This document shows, piece after piece, positions 26,461 to 40,380 of a stretch of 49,764 bases of DNA. The notes beneath the pieces were generated by a model. The model searched no databases, had not been told where the DNA came from, and saw only the letters and a program-made list of their open reading frames with translations. Source of the DNA: Blastocystis sp. subtype 4 (Eukaryota). Both the position numbers and the translations under genes were made by a program. Numbering within the stretch: the first letter of the stretch is position 1; each line of letters begins with the position of its first letter. The stretch spans positions 1-49,764 of the forward strand of contig NW_014569507.1 in the NCBI RefSeq assembly GCF_000743755.1. Direction: 5' to 3'.

Positions 26461-28673
26461 ATGGATCCAGAATTGAAGCGAAGGCTTGCTGATAGAGCCT
26501 ACCAATCTGTTTTCAGTTACTTAAAAGAGGTATACTGTGACGATGCGGAGTATGGACCCTCTCGATCCTTTTAGAGATTAGAAACTCAGGAAACTTCATT
26601 TCAATGTCAAAACGGACATCCTTTATTCTTTGTTTGGCTGATCTATCCAATGTGTTATTTGGAAGTGAAAATGAGATGGTGATTTCTAATAATTCTATTC
26701 TTTCTACGTATTCGAAGGAAGGGTATCAGTTTCTCGGAAAGGAGCAAGGGTCCAAGAAAGTTCCTTCTATGTAATAAAATTGGTTTCAAATGAGAATATA
26801 GGGTGATTTCACAAAATGTTTCTATTATCCACTCAACAGTTCCATCATTAACGGAACTGGTTTTGGCAGTGATGGGAGCTTATCCGGAAAAGAAGTTTCA
26901 TCTGTTCCCACTCCTTCTTCAAGATTATCGCAAATTATTCATTCGACTCGGTATTCAAGGCTTCCCTACCAATTCCTGCAAGCGGTTTATGGATACCTTC
27001 TTTACAGAAAGTGCTAAAGTGGACCCCAAAGCTCCTGTGAAGCCAATTCAATTCCCTCCTACAATTCATTCGTTCTATACTCAATTCCTTGCAATAAATC
27101 CTCCTAAAGAACATGATTATTTGGAAGTGACTCCTTATGAATACTACATTATTCGCTTCTTAACTTGCATCGCTTCCCTCCAAGTGGAACCAATAGCAAA
27201 GACAGATTCCTCTCTTCAATTGTTACATAGAAATGAAAAGCATACCATTCTAGCAGTTCAGCTCTTCTTACACTATCTGTATTACCTCATCAATCCTCAA
27301 CACCCAACCAAACCATCAATCACAAACAGTCAGCGTCCTTCCCTTCAGAGATCTGATCTATTCTTCCTTTCTGCCATTTCAGAACTGTGGTTAAGTCGTG
27401 ATGATACCATTCCTGATGATTTGGGATTCCTCATCCGAGAGTGTTCTCATCAATCTCTGCCTGTATTTATCTACAATATACTCTTTCATAGTTAGATATT
27501 AAGTCGATTGTCACCATGCATGATCCATTGTCTTCACGAATTGATTCTCTTCATACACAAGAATTCGCCTCAGACATCTGATGGAGTTACTGTTCATTTG
27601 AATGCTATCGAGTCTTCTCTCTTCTTCTTCTTTGCTAAGCAATTTGCTGCTTATCGTACAGACTCTGCTATGCGACCCGGTTCTGTCAAATTGAGTGATG
27701 TGGGTATTTCTTGGAGCGTTTCACTTAGATCGTGCGATGTTGGTGTGACTTCTTGCTACCATGGAAATGCACATCACCGGAAGGTTCATGTTCTTCCTTC
27801 ATTCCATTCATAACTCGTCATTATCTGTTCTATCGTGCATTGTTAGTTCTACTGATACGAAGATTAAGTGTGATCTCTCTTCCGGTTTCAGAACTACGTA
27901 TAATTGTGAATCTAATTCTGGATACATACTCATCTGCTATTTTGAAAGTATTGGCTCGTTGTGATCAATCGTTAACGGAAATGCAGAAAACCTCAGGTAT
28001 GTCATATGACACTGTATTGCTTGATGGAATGAATGTAAGACTCTTGTAGGATGTAGTTATCATATTAGATAGCGAAATGGAGACAACCAATTTCCATGCA
28101 TTTCTCCGGAAAGGACATGACTGACTGTTTCTTGATGAAACTGGCTGTGTGTTATTCCAGCTCACCATTATTACCAGAAGATGTGGAGAAATCAAAAGTG
28201 AAGCAATTGGGCTTAATTCTGGAATACGACGAAGCATCATTCCTATCATTCTATTGGAATCTGCGTCAGCAGATGAAACCACAAAATGCTTCTGATTTGG
28301 GAATTTGGTCTGGTTTGATCAATCCTATTGTATGCATTAGGGAATGAGTTTTGTGTAGAGAGACTTCTTATTCAGGAACGTAGCAACACAGAATCATCGA
28401 TCCAAGGCTAATTTGTATGATCCTCTCAATTCGTTTGAATTCCCGTGTTTCACTCGTTGGTTGATTCGATTCACCGTATATGTGAATACTCGTCTGTACT
28501 GTCTGGTTCATGGTGAGAATGAGAACATCAACTGGGAGACCTATTTCGATAACCCTGACAATCAGTACATCAATCTTCGTTTCCTAGGAGATGCCCGAAA
28601 TCTGATGTGGCTTCTTGTGTTCTGGTGGATGTGTAAAGTGATCTATTGGATTGGAAAGAATCTCTTCTTTTAG
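26461..28673 (+). CDS. SMPD4 / mit_SMPDase-like tail-anchored protein
   Basis: TPYEYYIIRF, ELWL, WCDFLLPW and the C-terminal DPLNSFEFPCFTR...YINLRFLGDARNL followed by a terminal TM segment. Confidence 0.65.
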
Positions 28674-28735
28674 TCTTGTGTTTGATTGAATCCTAATCAT
28701 TGAACAAACACACTATAAACCAAATCGTGAAAAAG

Positions 28736-30223
28736 TTACATCTGGATATCATAATGTCCAGCTTCCACCTGGGATTGTACGCCTGATATCATTCCATAAT
28801 CGCCAGGCACACGTTGCGCTGTTGTCTTTCCAATATTCAATCCTGAGATAGAACTGTCTACTTGCACGAAAGCCAAACGAGCCACCAATGACGACTCTAT
28901 CAATCAATCACTCATTACCACTCCTCACTCGGCGCCAACGCATCTGCCTGTAAAAACACAGGTCCCTTTAGACTCGGGGTATCCTCCTTACGCAGATTTC
29001 CTACAACCCAGTTCAACACCTTCTCCTCCTGATTGAACACGACATGTCCTGAAGAGGCCGTGATATTGGCTCCTGTAGTCTGTGGAGGTAATACAATTGT
29101 CACCACAATATCTGAAGCCACCAGTGGATTTCCTTCGACCTGCTTCTTTCCATGTGGCCTGGCTCCCAACATTACATCCATCTGACCCCAGTAGCCATTC
29201 TCCCCCTTCACCCAGGATAGTGAAGGACGACAATAGAAGGCAGGAGTGAACTCCTTCACGCTACGGACATTGTACTTCATGATCTGACTATCAATTCTTC
29301 CATTTGTGGACTACATCAAACACACCATCCAGAGGGATGAATTCGAGGGTTTTACTGGCATTGAAGCGAGAACGATTCACAATCTTATGAAGGAAAATGC
29401 CCTGAATGTTGTCAAGACCAGTCAAAGTAGCGGCGATTTCTGGATTTCCAGAAAGACGGCTCTGAACACGTAGAATACCATTTGCACTCACATCCACAGT
29501 CTTTCCTTTTCTAGAAGTGAGAGATAAGAATGAGACAAACGAAGTGACAGTAGCATTTACTCTTTCAATCACAAAGAAGCGAATCTCATTTCGAACATAC
29601 TTGATGTCAGGTTGTCTCCAGCTCACATTATTATTACTGGAACCAGGGAGCCATGTGTTCTCATCTGAGAAACCCTAGAGATCATCCAGACCATCATCTT
29701 CCTACAGCGACCTTCGTGACAAAGTTGCTAACTTTGTTGAGCATCGTTGGAATTTGAATAACAGAAGACATGATCGAAGGTTCTGTGATCACTGGAACAC
29801 CAAAATCAGCAACTTCATCAAGAAGCTATGAATGACTCAAAACGAAGGTTCCAACTTGGTACACGAGAGAGAAGTTTCCCCGAATCTTTACTTCGTTCAC
29901 AACACCAATGTATGCCTTAAACAGTGTCACAATCTTTCCAATAAACTCAATTGCAGACATAGGTGACACTTCACTCTTGATGACAGCAATAAAGAAGATA
30001 TTTCCTTCTTTCACGACCACCAAAGCACAATTGGCACCTTCAAGGACAGGAGGAACATCCTATAGTATAAACGCATCTACATCTGGATTCCAACATTGCT
30101 AGTAACACAGGTTGCTAAAGCAACATAGAAAGGTTCCAACGCGCTCCGTTCAATAACCCCCTTCCAGTGCTTTTCAATAATGACCTGTTTGTCCTCTCCG
30201 AGGATAAATAGAGAATCAATCAT
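28736..30223 (-). CDS. AP3M: AP-3 complex mu subunit
   Basis: MIDSLFIL...IEKHWK, VPPVL, SEVSPMSAIEF, NFSLVYQLLDE..DFGVP, SWRQPDIKYVRNE, LSGNP and FIPLDGVF. Confidence 0.88.
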
Positions 30224-30478
30224 TCTTATTTGTGATTATTTGGAATGAAGTGTCCTGGATCAGAATTGGGTCGTAATCGGATTAAACACCTATAATTATT
30301 ATCCTAAAATATGGTAAATAGGGTCTTTGTCGACAATTATTCTTCATTGTGTTTACTCCTTAAGTTCTCCATTGTTACGTTTCCTCAATTCAAACGAATT
30401 CTGTCAGATACATGAATATAAGGTGTAGTCTTAATAACAATAGGTTATTCAAGTACAGTTTGCAGCAAACACTAAAGA

Positions 30479-32045
30479 CTATAGAACAATCTTCATATTC
30501 TTTCCTTTTTTCACAGCTATTTTAGGATACACCATTCCATCAATTGTTTCTTCCTTCATCCACACATACTTCTGGAACCCAATCCACGAATACATCACAC
30601 CTTCCATATCAGAGCACAAAACTGTAGGATTGAAATGAGAATTCTTGTGTTCATATGACAGACGAATCGTTCTGTATTCATCAATTAATTCTGGTTTCTT
30701 TTGATTGTTAAGGATAGTATCTGAATCCACACTAGAATCACAATTAATCCACATCCTTACCCAATTCCAGGAACACGAAAGAAAAACTCAACACAAAACA
30801 TTCCAAACTTCATAGCTAGTTATCAGAATCTTTTGTTACCCCTACATGTGTGTCGAAGGCGTTCCACATATTCCACATTGTCATATCCGCGTGTAAGAAT
30901 TGATTCGTCATACAATGGAACCTGTTCCGATTTCTTAATCAACATGATGCTACAAATGATAGTAATTCCCGATTTCTACAGTTCTGTATTATTGTCAATA
31001 CAATTAAAGTTACGAAAATGAGTAAATGAAAATGTATGGAACTGCTATGGTATCATACGAAACAAGAATTGCGACAAATGGAATTGTCATTGTTTGGACA
31101 GGACGACACGTATAATCATGAAGGCAAGATTCGATTGTAGATACGACAGTTGGAGTTTTTGACACATCTCTGTATGTAACAGAATTCCAAGAGAATCACT
31201 TTTCATTTTCTCTCGATTTAGGATAAGCAGGATGAGACCATTCAAACGCTGGAATGACTCCAATGAAATAAGGGTCTCTCCAGAGATAACCTGGAGTCGA
31301 TTTTAACGTGCGATACAAACTCTCTGGAAATGAGATGAGAGAAAAAAGAGTACTGGATGGATAGAGATTGAAGTCTACAACAATGAAATGGGTTGTTTTA
31401 ACTTGAGCAATTCCAAGATTCTTGAATTGATTGATAGGAATGACTTCAGAGGTAAGTAATACGGAAGTAATCGATAGAGTAGGAAGTGTGGAGGCGATTG
31501 TCTGAATCTCCCTCATATCCTTTGCAGTGGATTCATTGTAATAGAGAACTAGAATAACTGGTCCTGACCATTGTCTCACATAGGAAGTGAGAATCGTCTT
31601 ACATTCCACTCTAAGCGTCATAGAAATGCTTGAAATCAACCCTGAATATGTGACCAACGAAACGTCAAACTCTTCACCCACAGCCACTAAGTCATATTCT
31701 ATTCTTGAGACCTACACTCATAATTGTTGTCAATAGAAAATGGGTAATCCATAAGTGACACATTTTCTTTATATGAATCCTCTTCCAAGAATCAACCATC
31801 AATCACCTCTTTCTCAATTCTATCCTCTTCAGGAATTACAAATAATTCGGTATTCTTAATGACACTTTTCTGCGTCTCTTCCTGAATCACCTAGTCTCTT
31901 ATCCCAACAAATCGTCAAAAACAGCTATAGACAAATACACGATTCTAGTAGAAAAAAAGCCAATGATAAACAGACACACACAGGACCTATCATTGAAATC
32001 GATTCCATTCTCCTACAACACATTTACCAGACAATGATGTTTCAT
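30479..32045 (-). CDS. Glycosyltransferase family 49 (LARGE/B4GAT1-like) type II membrane protein; start approximate
   Basis: DVSLVT, WSGPVILVLY, PINQFKNLGIAQVKTTHFIVVDFNLYPS, VIPAFE and VPLYDESILTRGYDNV, with an N-terminal hydrophobic anchor. Confidence 0.8.
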
Positions 32046-32140
32046 TATCACTAGGAAAACAAAACAATCATATGTATGTTCATTTGTAGAAAAGACAACG
32101 AAATTCCCGTTCTTCTCGTCTCCATTCTTATTCTCGATAG

Positions 32141-33382
<1,242 letters not shown>

Positions 33383-33427
33383 CATCTGTTTCTGATCAAA
33401 CACCTCAAAGACGTATATATACACTTT

Positions 33428-34118
33428 CTATTCTGTTTTCTCGGCCGATAACTCATCTGCAAGCCTATAGATTACAAGAATCACTCTCTACCCTACCAGT
33501 CAAAACCATCAACAAGACCCTTTCCGCTTGTTGCCGAAGACTCAAAGATCGTCCACTTTCTATCACGAATTTCTGTTAGTCCAAGTGCCTCTGAAATCTT
33601 AGCTCCATTCAAAGCTCCAGGAAGATCCTGCTTGTTTGCGAAAATCAATAATGATGTTCCCTTCAGCTCATCTTCCTATACATGATAGGACAAATTCAAT
33701 CCCACTTTGAGAATGGCAGCCAACTCGGCTTTTGCAATATTGAGACGATCAATATCGGCACTATCGACAACAAAGATAACAGCATCTAGGACTAAGAACA
33801 AGTACACACCTCAAACCAGTATTTGTGAAATAGCAACGCCAATAAGGTCGAATACTCGTCTGACCTCCCAGATCCCATACCTGGAAAGTAAGGTTCTTGT
33901 ATTTCAGTGTCTCCACGTTAAAACCGATTGTAGGAACTGTAGACACCACTTCGTCGAGTTGCATACGATCTAAAAGATTGTAAAACACATGCCACACCTA
34001 TTGAGAGAAACTTACAGAGGATAGAAGTCTTTCCAGCATTATCAAGACCAAGAACAAGAATTCGTACTTCTTTGTTTCCAAAGTACTGGTTAAAAAGTTT
34101 GGAGATCCATATACCCAT
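33428..34118 (-). CDS. ARL1: ADP-ribosylation factor-like GTPase 1
   Basis: MG start, [17 protein letters not shown], the ARL1 signature [16 protein letters not shown] and FANKQD. Four short introns. Confidence 0.95.
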
Positions 34119-34180
34119 TCGTACAATCAGACACCGAAAAATGTGAGGGAAAAGTGAGGTAGAAGTTTCACTTGTTGCTT
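34119..34180. promoter_or_regulatory. 62-nt divergent (bidirectional) promoter region between ARL1 and PHD-AMT1
   Basis: Head-to-head ATGs at 34118 (-) and 34181 (+). Confidence 0.6.
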
Positions 34181-35699
34181 ATGTCTGACATTGATCTCTC
34201 CATCTGCTATTGCGGATGGGGGTACAATCGTCCAATGATACGTTGTTGTCATTGTAAACGATGGTATCACTACGATTGGTATTCGATGTTTTTTTATCTG
34301 AGATGGTAGTGTCAATGTCACAGCAACTGATTTGGAAGATCCAAATCACTACTATTGCTTTATGTGTATCGATTTTAAACCAGACTCAGGTAATTCCAAG
34401 GGATTAGATAAACCTAAGATAGTGGCGATGATTATGATTTTGATGAGGATTTGAAAAGACAAAGGGAGATGAACCGTGAGGCTCGAAAACGAGTTCGCCA
34501 GATGTGTATTATTTGTATTGGGAAGAGTCAGAACTAGTAAAAGATGATACATTTAGTAGCAAAAGTGTCATGTCCATGGAGAAGAGTAGTATTCTTCGTA
34601 CCATGTGTTGTATTGAGCAACAGTTGCTTTTAGAAGATCATTCTCCTTCTCTCCATGATTCTTCTCTTAGTTACAAGCAAACCCTTTTGCAAAACGTTCG
34701 TGAAGATGTATTGTTCGTATTAACTCTATCATCGTAGGAGGAATACCGTATACAGTTGTTAAATACCAATCCCTTAATGAAGGAGCTTTTCTTTGATATC
34801 GAACGTTCTGGAGAATATAAACATGTTCTTAGTCTATCTTCCTATCTCGTAGCTCGTGAAGGCAATCGTCGCTCGAACCGCTTCGTTCCGAAGTATGACG
34901 AATACTGTAAGCATTCTATTTGTTGTATTATTTATAGGGATGCAAATTTCGCGACGATTGCTAGATTTTGAAGTCCCTGTTAATTCTGTTGGCATTAATG
35001 CGGACATCCGAACATTTGATTGGCGCGTAGGGATACCTCAAGAATTCAAAAATAGCGATTTGGCCGCGTCCAGAGGGAACTCACTGGACATCTATTTGAC
35101 GTAGTTATGATGGACCCACCATGGCATTTATCCAGTGCTGACCCCTGTCGAGGGGTATGAAATCGACTCAGATCTAAGGAATAGGTAGCAATTAAGTATC
35201 AGCAATTGGATGATGAATCAATTGCCAGTATTCCAATTCATCTTATCCAAGATGATGGGTTATTGTTTTTATGGACAATCAATGCAAAGTATACAACAGC
35301 ACTGCGCATTATTCAAAACTGGGGTTATGTATTGATAGGGGATATATCATGGGTCAAGTTATCTGCCCGTAATTTTGTAATCCAAAGTAATGGATTTTAT
35401 TTACAACATGCAAAAGAAACCTGTTTCGTTGCGAAAAAGGTAGGATTGAAAATGTGATTCCATAATAGGGAAATTGCAATGCACTGGATAAAACAAAGAT
35501 CGGTTTGGTGAAAGACGTTATCTTTTCAAAGCGAAAGGGGCAGAGTCAGAAGCCAAACGAGATTTATAGTATTATTGAATCATTAGTCCCAAATGGTAAT
35601 GCCAGTTGTAGAGTGTTTACTATAGGTTACTACGTAGAAATATTTGGAAGAAGAAACAATCTTCGTAATGACTGGGTCACAATCGGAAATGAAATTTGA
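34181..35699 (+). CDS. AMT1: PHD finger + AMT1/MTA1-type MT-A70 adenine-N6 methyltransferase (415 aa, 9 introns)
   Basis: Catalytic region FDVVMMDPPWHLSSADPCRGVAIKY (DPPW at 35113-35124), FLWTINAKY, GFYLQHAKETC, RKGQSQKPNEIY and EIFGRRNNLRNDWVTIGNEI. N-terminal C4HC3 finger at 34205-34367. Nine 29-32 nt introns leave 1248 coding nt in one frame. Confidence 0.88.
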
Positions 35700-35948
35700 T
35701 TTTCACGTTTTCTATATTGGTTTGGTGAATTTACACCTTCTTCGTTATTTGAATGTTTGTTGCATCTATTATGAATGGATAGTCTCCCTGGGTGGATTAG
35801 TGTACTAATACGTCTATTACATACAATTCTCGTTCAGTCCAAATTATATCCCTAATCTACTCTCACTTCTTCACAGAATAATCCTTCGTACTGACTCCTT
35901 ACATATGTGACTCAAACCGAATCTTTGTTTTGTTTTCTTTTTTCAAAA

Positions 35949-36876
35949 ATGAATTATTCGCTACAGCCTGTGCCAGTTACATATGCTCCAGTAGCAGTAC
36001 CTGCTACTACTATGCCTTTGAATCCTCCAGCACTGGAGATGCCACAAGTAAATCCAGTACAACCTGTACCAATGACAGTTACTCCTGTCAATCCAGTGGA
36101 TGTTGTGAAGCCACTTCCGACTTATGCTCCTCAACAACAGATTCGTAAGGAAGAAGAATTGGATATTATGAATAGCAGCTCCAGAAGACTCTATAACGTC
36201 TTTCCTTATGGAACCTCAGTTCTATGTCAGAGTAAAAGAAGTTAGAACTTGTGGTCCTTTGGAGTTTGGCGTTTATCCCAGTGATTACTATGGTCAACCC
36301 AATTTAAGTTGTGATCCCGTTTGTTCTGTATAGAAATGGGAATTGGTAATAATCAGTAGTTGTCATTATCTGACACTCTTCACAAGGGAAGCTTCACTAT
36401 CAATAATGTGACATACGATATTCACAAGAAGTCTTCAAGGACAGCATTCAGCATAAAGAACAGAACAACTGGAAATAAGTTCTGCACAATTGACTTTTCA
36501 AGTGGATGTTGCAGTGTAGGCTTCAAGATCGAGTTTGCAGATATCAATCGCACATTTGATGGAAAGTTTGTGATTAATGGAAATGAGTCTTGGTAGGTTT
36601 GATAACGAGGAGTCATTGTTAGTGCTGTGATTAACGAAGGGAGGGGAATGGGTACCGTTACGATCCTTGGGGAAGAGAATTGTGTAAGTATATTGTATGG
36701 AGCTTATTGGTAGCAGGTTCCAACATGTGTACTGGTTATTCCTTCTTCAAAGCCAGATGAATCCTTGAATGCTATGACCATTCGCTCTATGTATATTGCT
36801 TTAGCAGCTATATTATATTCAATGTAAGGGATGGTACAATGATTGATCTTCTAGTACTATTAGCGGTCAATATTAA
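35949..36876 (+). CDS. Hypothetical protein with a Pro-rich N-terminus and beta-rich body (possibly scramblase/tubby-like)
   Basis: QPVPVTYAP-type repeats, beta-strand-like exons containing GCCS and a terminal hydrophobic helix (MYIALAAILYS). The fold is a guess. Confidence 0.55.
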
Positions 36877-37196
36877 TATAGTTGTTTTTATTGTTGTTTG
36901 TTCATACAATTCTTATGAGTTCGTGTATCATGTGTAGAAAGAGTATCTGAGTCATTCGAGTTAGAAGTTGATCACATGGTTTTCCGCTTCTGTGATATGA
37001 CTGTTAAAGCAATCTTATAACTGAGCTTGTAACTCATTAATCATAAGTAACCAATCTGATGCGAAATCTTATCTATTATTGGTACCCCTTATTCGGTTAT
37101 TACTAATTATCATTATTCTTTTCATCAGAAGGGTTATTTGGAAATTTATACTCCATTTGTAATTGTTAGTCTAATATAAGTCACGCTCCTAGATCC

Positions 37197-37883
37197 ATGA
37201 GTGGAATGAATTCTGAGAATCACGTACATTCTGGATGCATCTTGCTAACGTAAAGTTGAAAGAGCAAGAAGAGAAATTTGCTAAACAATTACTCGATGCG
37301 GGACTTCAAGAAATGAAACATCATCTGTATCCAACCGATAAGAACTTCATTTACGATGGTCTCAATCGCGATGGATTGTTGCGATGCGTATTCGTTCGTT
37401 AGGTGGTTAATTTGTAGTATAGAACGTTCTACAATGATGATAAGTCTGATATGTATACCTAGACGGATTGGATAATTCATAGTTGTTCCATTATCACTTT
37501 TGGAGAGCGGATGTGCGGTCATCGAGGAATTCTTCACGGTGGAGCTTCTGCTTCCGTTCTAGACCAATTCTTTGGTCTGATGATGTGTCTTTTAGATATT
37601 CAGGGATTTACTGGTCAGTTACAGTTGAGTTATCGTAAGATTATTCTTTGTCCCAGTACAGGTATTTGAAGTTATCGTTTGTTATATGTAGTATTGATCA
37701 GAGGTTCATTCCTCAAAGAAGAGGGACGGAAACACTACTTCAAAGCAGTAATTACAGATGAAGTGGTAGTTGACAGGTGAAGGAGCTCAGTTGTAGGGGG
37801 ATATATGTGTTGAGGCCGAATGCTTGTTCATTCAGTCCGATGTGAAGAAGATTCTTGATCGTGCATTGAATAAACTTCAATAG
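37197..37883 (+). CDS. Hotdog-fold acyl-CoA thioesterase (THEM4/PaaI-like)
   Basis: FGERMCGHRGILHGGASASVLDQFF, TVELSYRK, EGRKHYFKAVI and CVEAECLFI. TAG at 37881-37883, then 4 nt and a perfect TGTTTGTT. Absent from the ORF track. Confidence 0.85.
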
Positions 37884-37887
37884 ATAT

Positions 37888-37895
37888 TGTTTGTT
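37888..37895 (+). terminator. GU-rich polyadenylation element TGTTTGTT
   Basis: Perfect match 4 nt after the thioesterase TAG, implying a zero-length 3' UTR. Confidence 0.8.
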
Positions 37896-38267
37896 CCCAA
37901 GAAAGTGAATGGGGATGTTCATTTTTCCTTGTACTCCTTGTTCCTATTGTACAAATGAGTTCTTTTATATTTCATTTCATCCGAGAAGAGCCTAAAACGG
38001 CTTTAGCTGTCCTCCTTATTCTCTCACTGAGCATTGGTATACTAGTGAATTTACCTGTACGAAATGCATAAAGAAGTGATTATAATAGAATATTACTTAT
38101 TTTTCTGGAAAGGCAGGTGGAAAGGAAGAATCGCAGTCGGAAGTGCTATTTCGTACACTATCAGAAATTCCTACCTCTCCATTCCTGCGGAAAGGTATCA
38201 ATCCGAAGAAGGGGAGACATCGTCGTCTTTCCTCCGATATGAGTACTATGACAGTAGTGAATTGAAA

Positions 38268-39828
38268 ATGGGAGTTATTCTTAGACAGAGAAGAAAAAAC
38301 GCAGTTCATCTGCCACTGTCATTCGTGGACCAAAACACAAGGAGACGGCGTAATTCCAGTATATAGGTGTCACACTCTAGGATTTCATTGTTTCTCCCTT
38401 GGATCTATCTTTGCGGTTTGATTCTCCTTCCAATATTGGGATTGTCATCAATTCCTGCAGTGTATCCCATTTACAAGGTTCTGATTGCTCCTCATCTCCC
38501 TCTCTCTATTCAGAACTTTTTTACGGATTTGAAGACACTATTGTTAACTCTCCTCAGTTTCTGCATTTCTGGTTCTCTCACGAATCATCTGACAATCCCA
38601 AACTCTCTGGAAGACTGGGTTTATTTGTATCTTCGTCAGTGTAACCCTCAATCCTCCTTTTCTTCGTTTTGTTTGTCCTGTTCGTCTCCTGCTATATCAA
38701 TGCAATTTCATTTCAGTTCTGAAGTCTGCTCTGTATGCGACATTTGCTTATTGGATTTGTCACAACACGAAGTTCCCTTTTTCGAGGATAATGGTTGTTC
38801 CCAGATTCTTCGTGATGTCAAACAGATTACCAGTGTTGGACAGGCAAATGGTGGTTCAGTCACATTTATGAATGTTATGAAGGAATGTGTAGCTACATTT
38901 GGTCTCTACATTCAGTTCAATTTCCATCTGTTGTTTAGAGCTTTGATTCGTTTTATCATAAGTGTAGCTCGAATTGCTAAGTATATTTGTATGTTCTACA
39001 AGTGGCTACTTCAAGAAGTTGTTGAGAATTATGAAATAGATCGTACTCGTGTTGTTGCTATTCTGTTCATTTGTCTTCTAACTTCCATTCTTCTCTTGTA
39101 TACCATTCGGATATCTGTTCGATTGTTTACCATCTTATCCAGAATTCTCATGTCCATCCTTCCATCCACCAAATCTCGTTCTCGTCTTCATCTCAAACAG
39201 GCTAATCACATCCATCCAACAAAACCTTCCTTTCCTGCTCCCGAAAAGACTTCCACAAAAATGGAATTCAATTCAGAGATCATTCATCAGCAAACTCCAT
39301 CATCTGAAGACGATTGGTCCATTTTGTTCCAGGAGAATTCCGATCTTGCTGGAGTCGTTTCGCTCTCTGTTGACAACCCTGAGGTGATGGAGATGCTGAT
39401 GGATCTAATTGAGATTCTCTATGGTGGTATTTCTTTGATTGGTCGTCTTATTTGCAGATCGTGCAGTCTCATTCCTCTTTCTCAATACTGCGCGACAAAT
39501 CCAATCAGCCTCCGCAAATGTTCATTCAGGAAAAGGTATCACTTCTTCACTTCCTCCAATAACCCCGATTCCATTTACTCCTATGAACTCAGATGTTGTA
39601 AGTCCCGTTCTCCATTCCCCAAATCTGAATAAACGGTCATCAGATCTGTCTCAGCAGCGATTAAGTCAATCAAAGTTGCTGCCCTCATCCAATGTGTTTT
39701 CGAGGAATAATCGTTCCTTGTTCCGGCAGTCTTCCTTAGCATTACGAAATTCGATTGGAAGTGATCGATCGGGGTGGAGCGGACTGCATGAAGAGAAATC
39801 CGAAGTGTTTGAAGATGGATTTTTGTAA
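38268..39828 (+). CDS. Hypothetical multi-pass membrane protein with a Ser/Pro-rich tail
   Basis: A long exon with several hydrophobic segments, a short first exon and a last exon in a second frame. TAA is followed by TGTTTGAT. Confidence 0.55.
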
Positions 39829-39855
39829 TATTCACTGTTTGATAAGAAACAGACA

Positions 39856-40380
39856 AAATAGAGGTTCGTAATTCATCTTGCTCGATACTACAAATCTCTT
39901 CCATCACATGACTCACTTCATACATTTTCGTTTTCATATTGCGTGCCCACTTATCAAAATAATCCAAACTCTAATTGTTAGATAGAACAAGAAGTCAGAC
40001 AGAGGCCAGATCCAAAAAGTCGTCTAACTGCTTGTTCATCTTGTCTACTCGGGTTTGAAACCCTTCTACCTTACTCTATCCGTTACTAATCCAATACACA
40101 ACCACATTCACTTCTTTATTAATTGAAACAACAGTTTCATGTTCTCTCCGAACAGTAGCAGCATTACGAACAGTAGATGGTAAAAGAACAACACTCTTGG
40201 ATAGACAATGGATATATCACATCACGAACAGTCGAATTTAGAGTCTCTAGTGAGTCCTTTAACTGGTTTTCGCATGTGTCTAACTATCATTCCGAAAGCA
40301 TAATTCTCACCAACTGCTGATGAAAATGCTTCTCTGCGTTTCTCCATTTCTGTAATCTCGTTCTGTAACCGATCAGCCAT
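39856..40380 (-). CDS. Small coiled-coil protein, BLOC-1 subunit 1 (BLOS1/GCN5L1)-like; stop probably completed by poly(A)
   Basis: Spliced over 4 introns: MADRLQNEITEMEKRREAFSSAV...SLDYFDKWARNMKTKMYEVSHVMEEI. This resembles the BLOS1 C-terminal GDVENWARSIE-type segment. Confidence 0.55.

Noticed and set aside
33383..33579. Real antisense coding overlap of TrpRS with ARL1 (also 39581-39855 and 47416-47543)
   Set aside because: Better explained by poly(A)-completed stops upstream of each overlap.
34938..35699. mRNA m6A writer METTL3/IME4
   Set aside because: No CCCH fingers, and the motifs match the MTA1/AMT1 clade instead.
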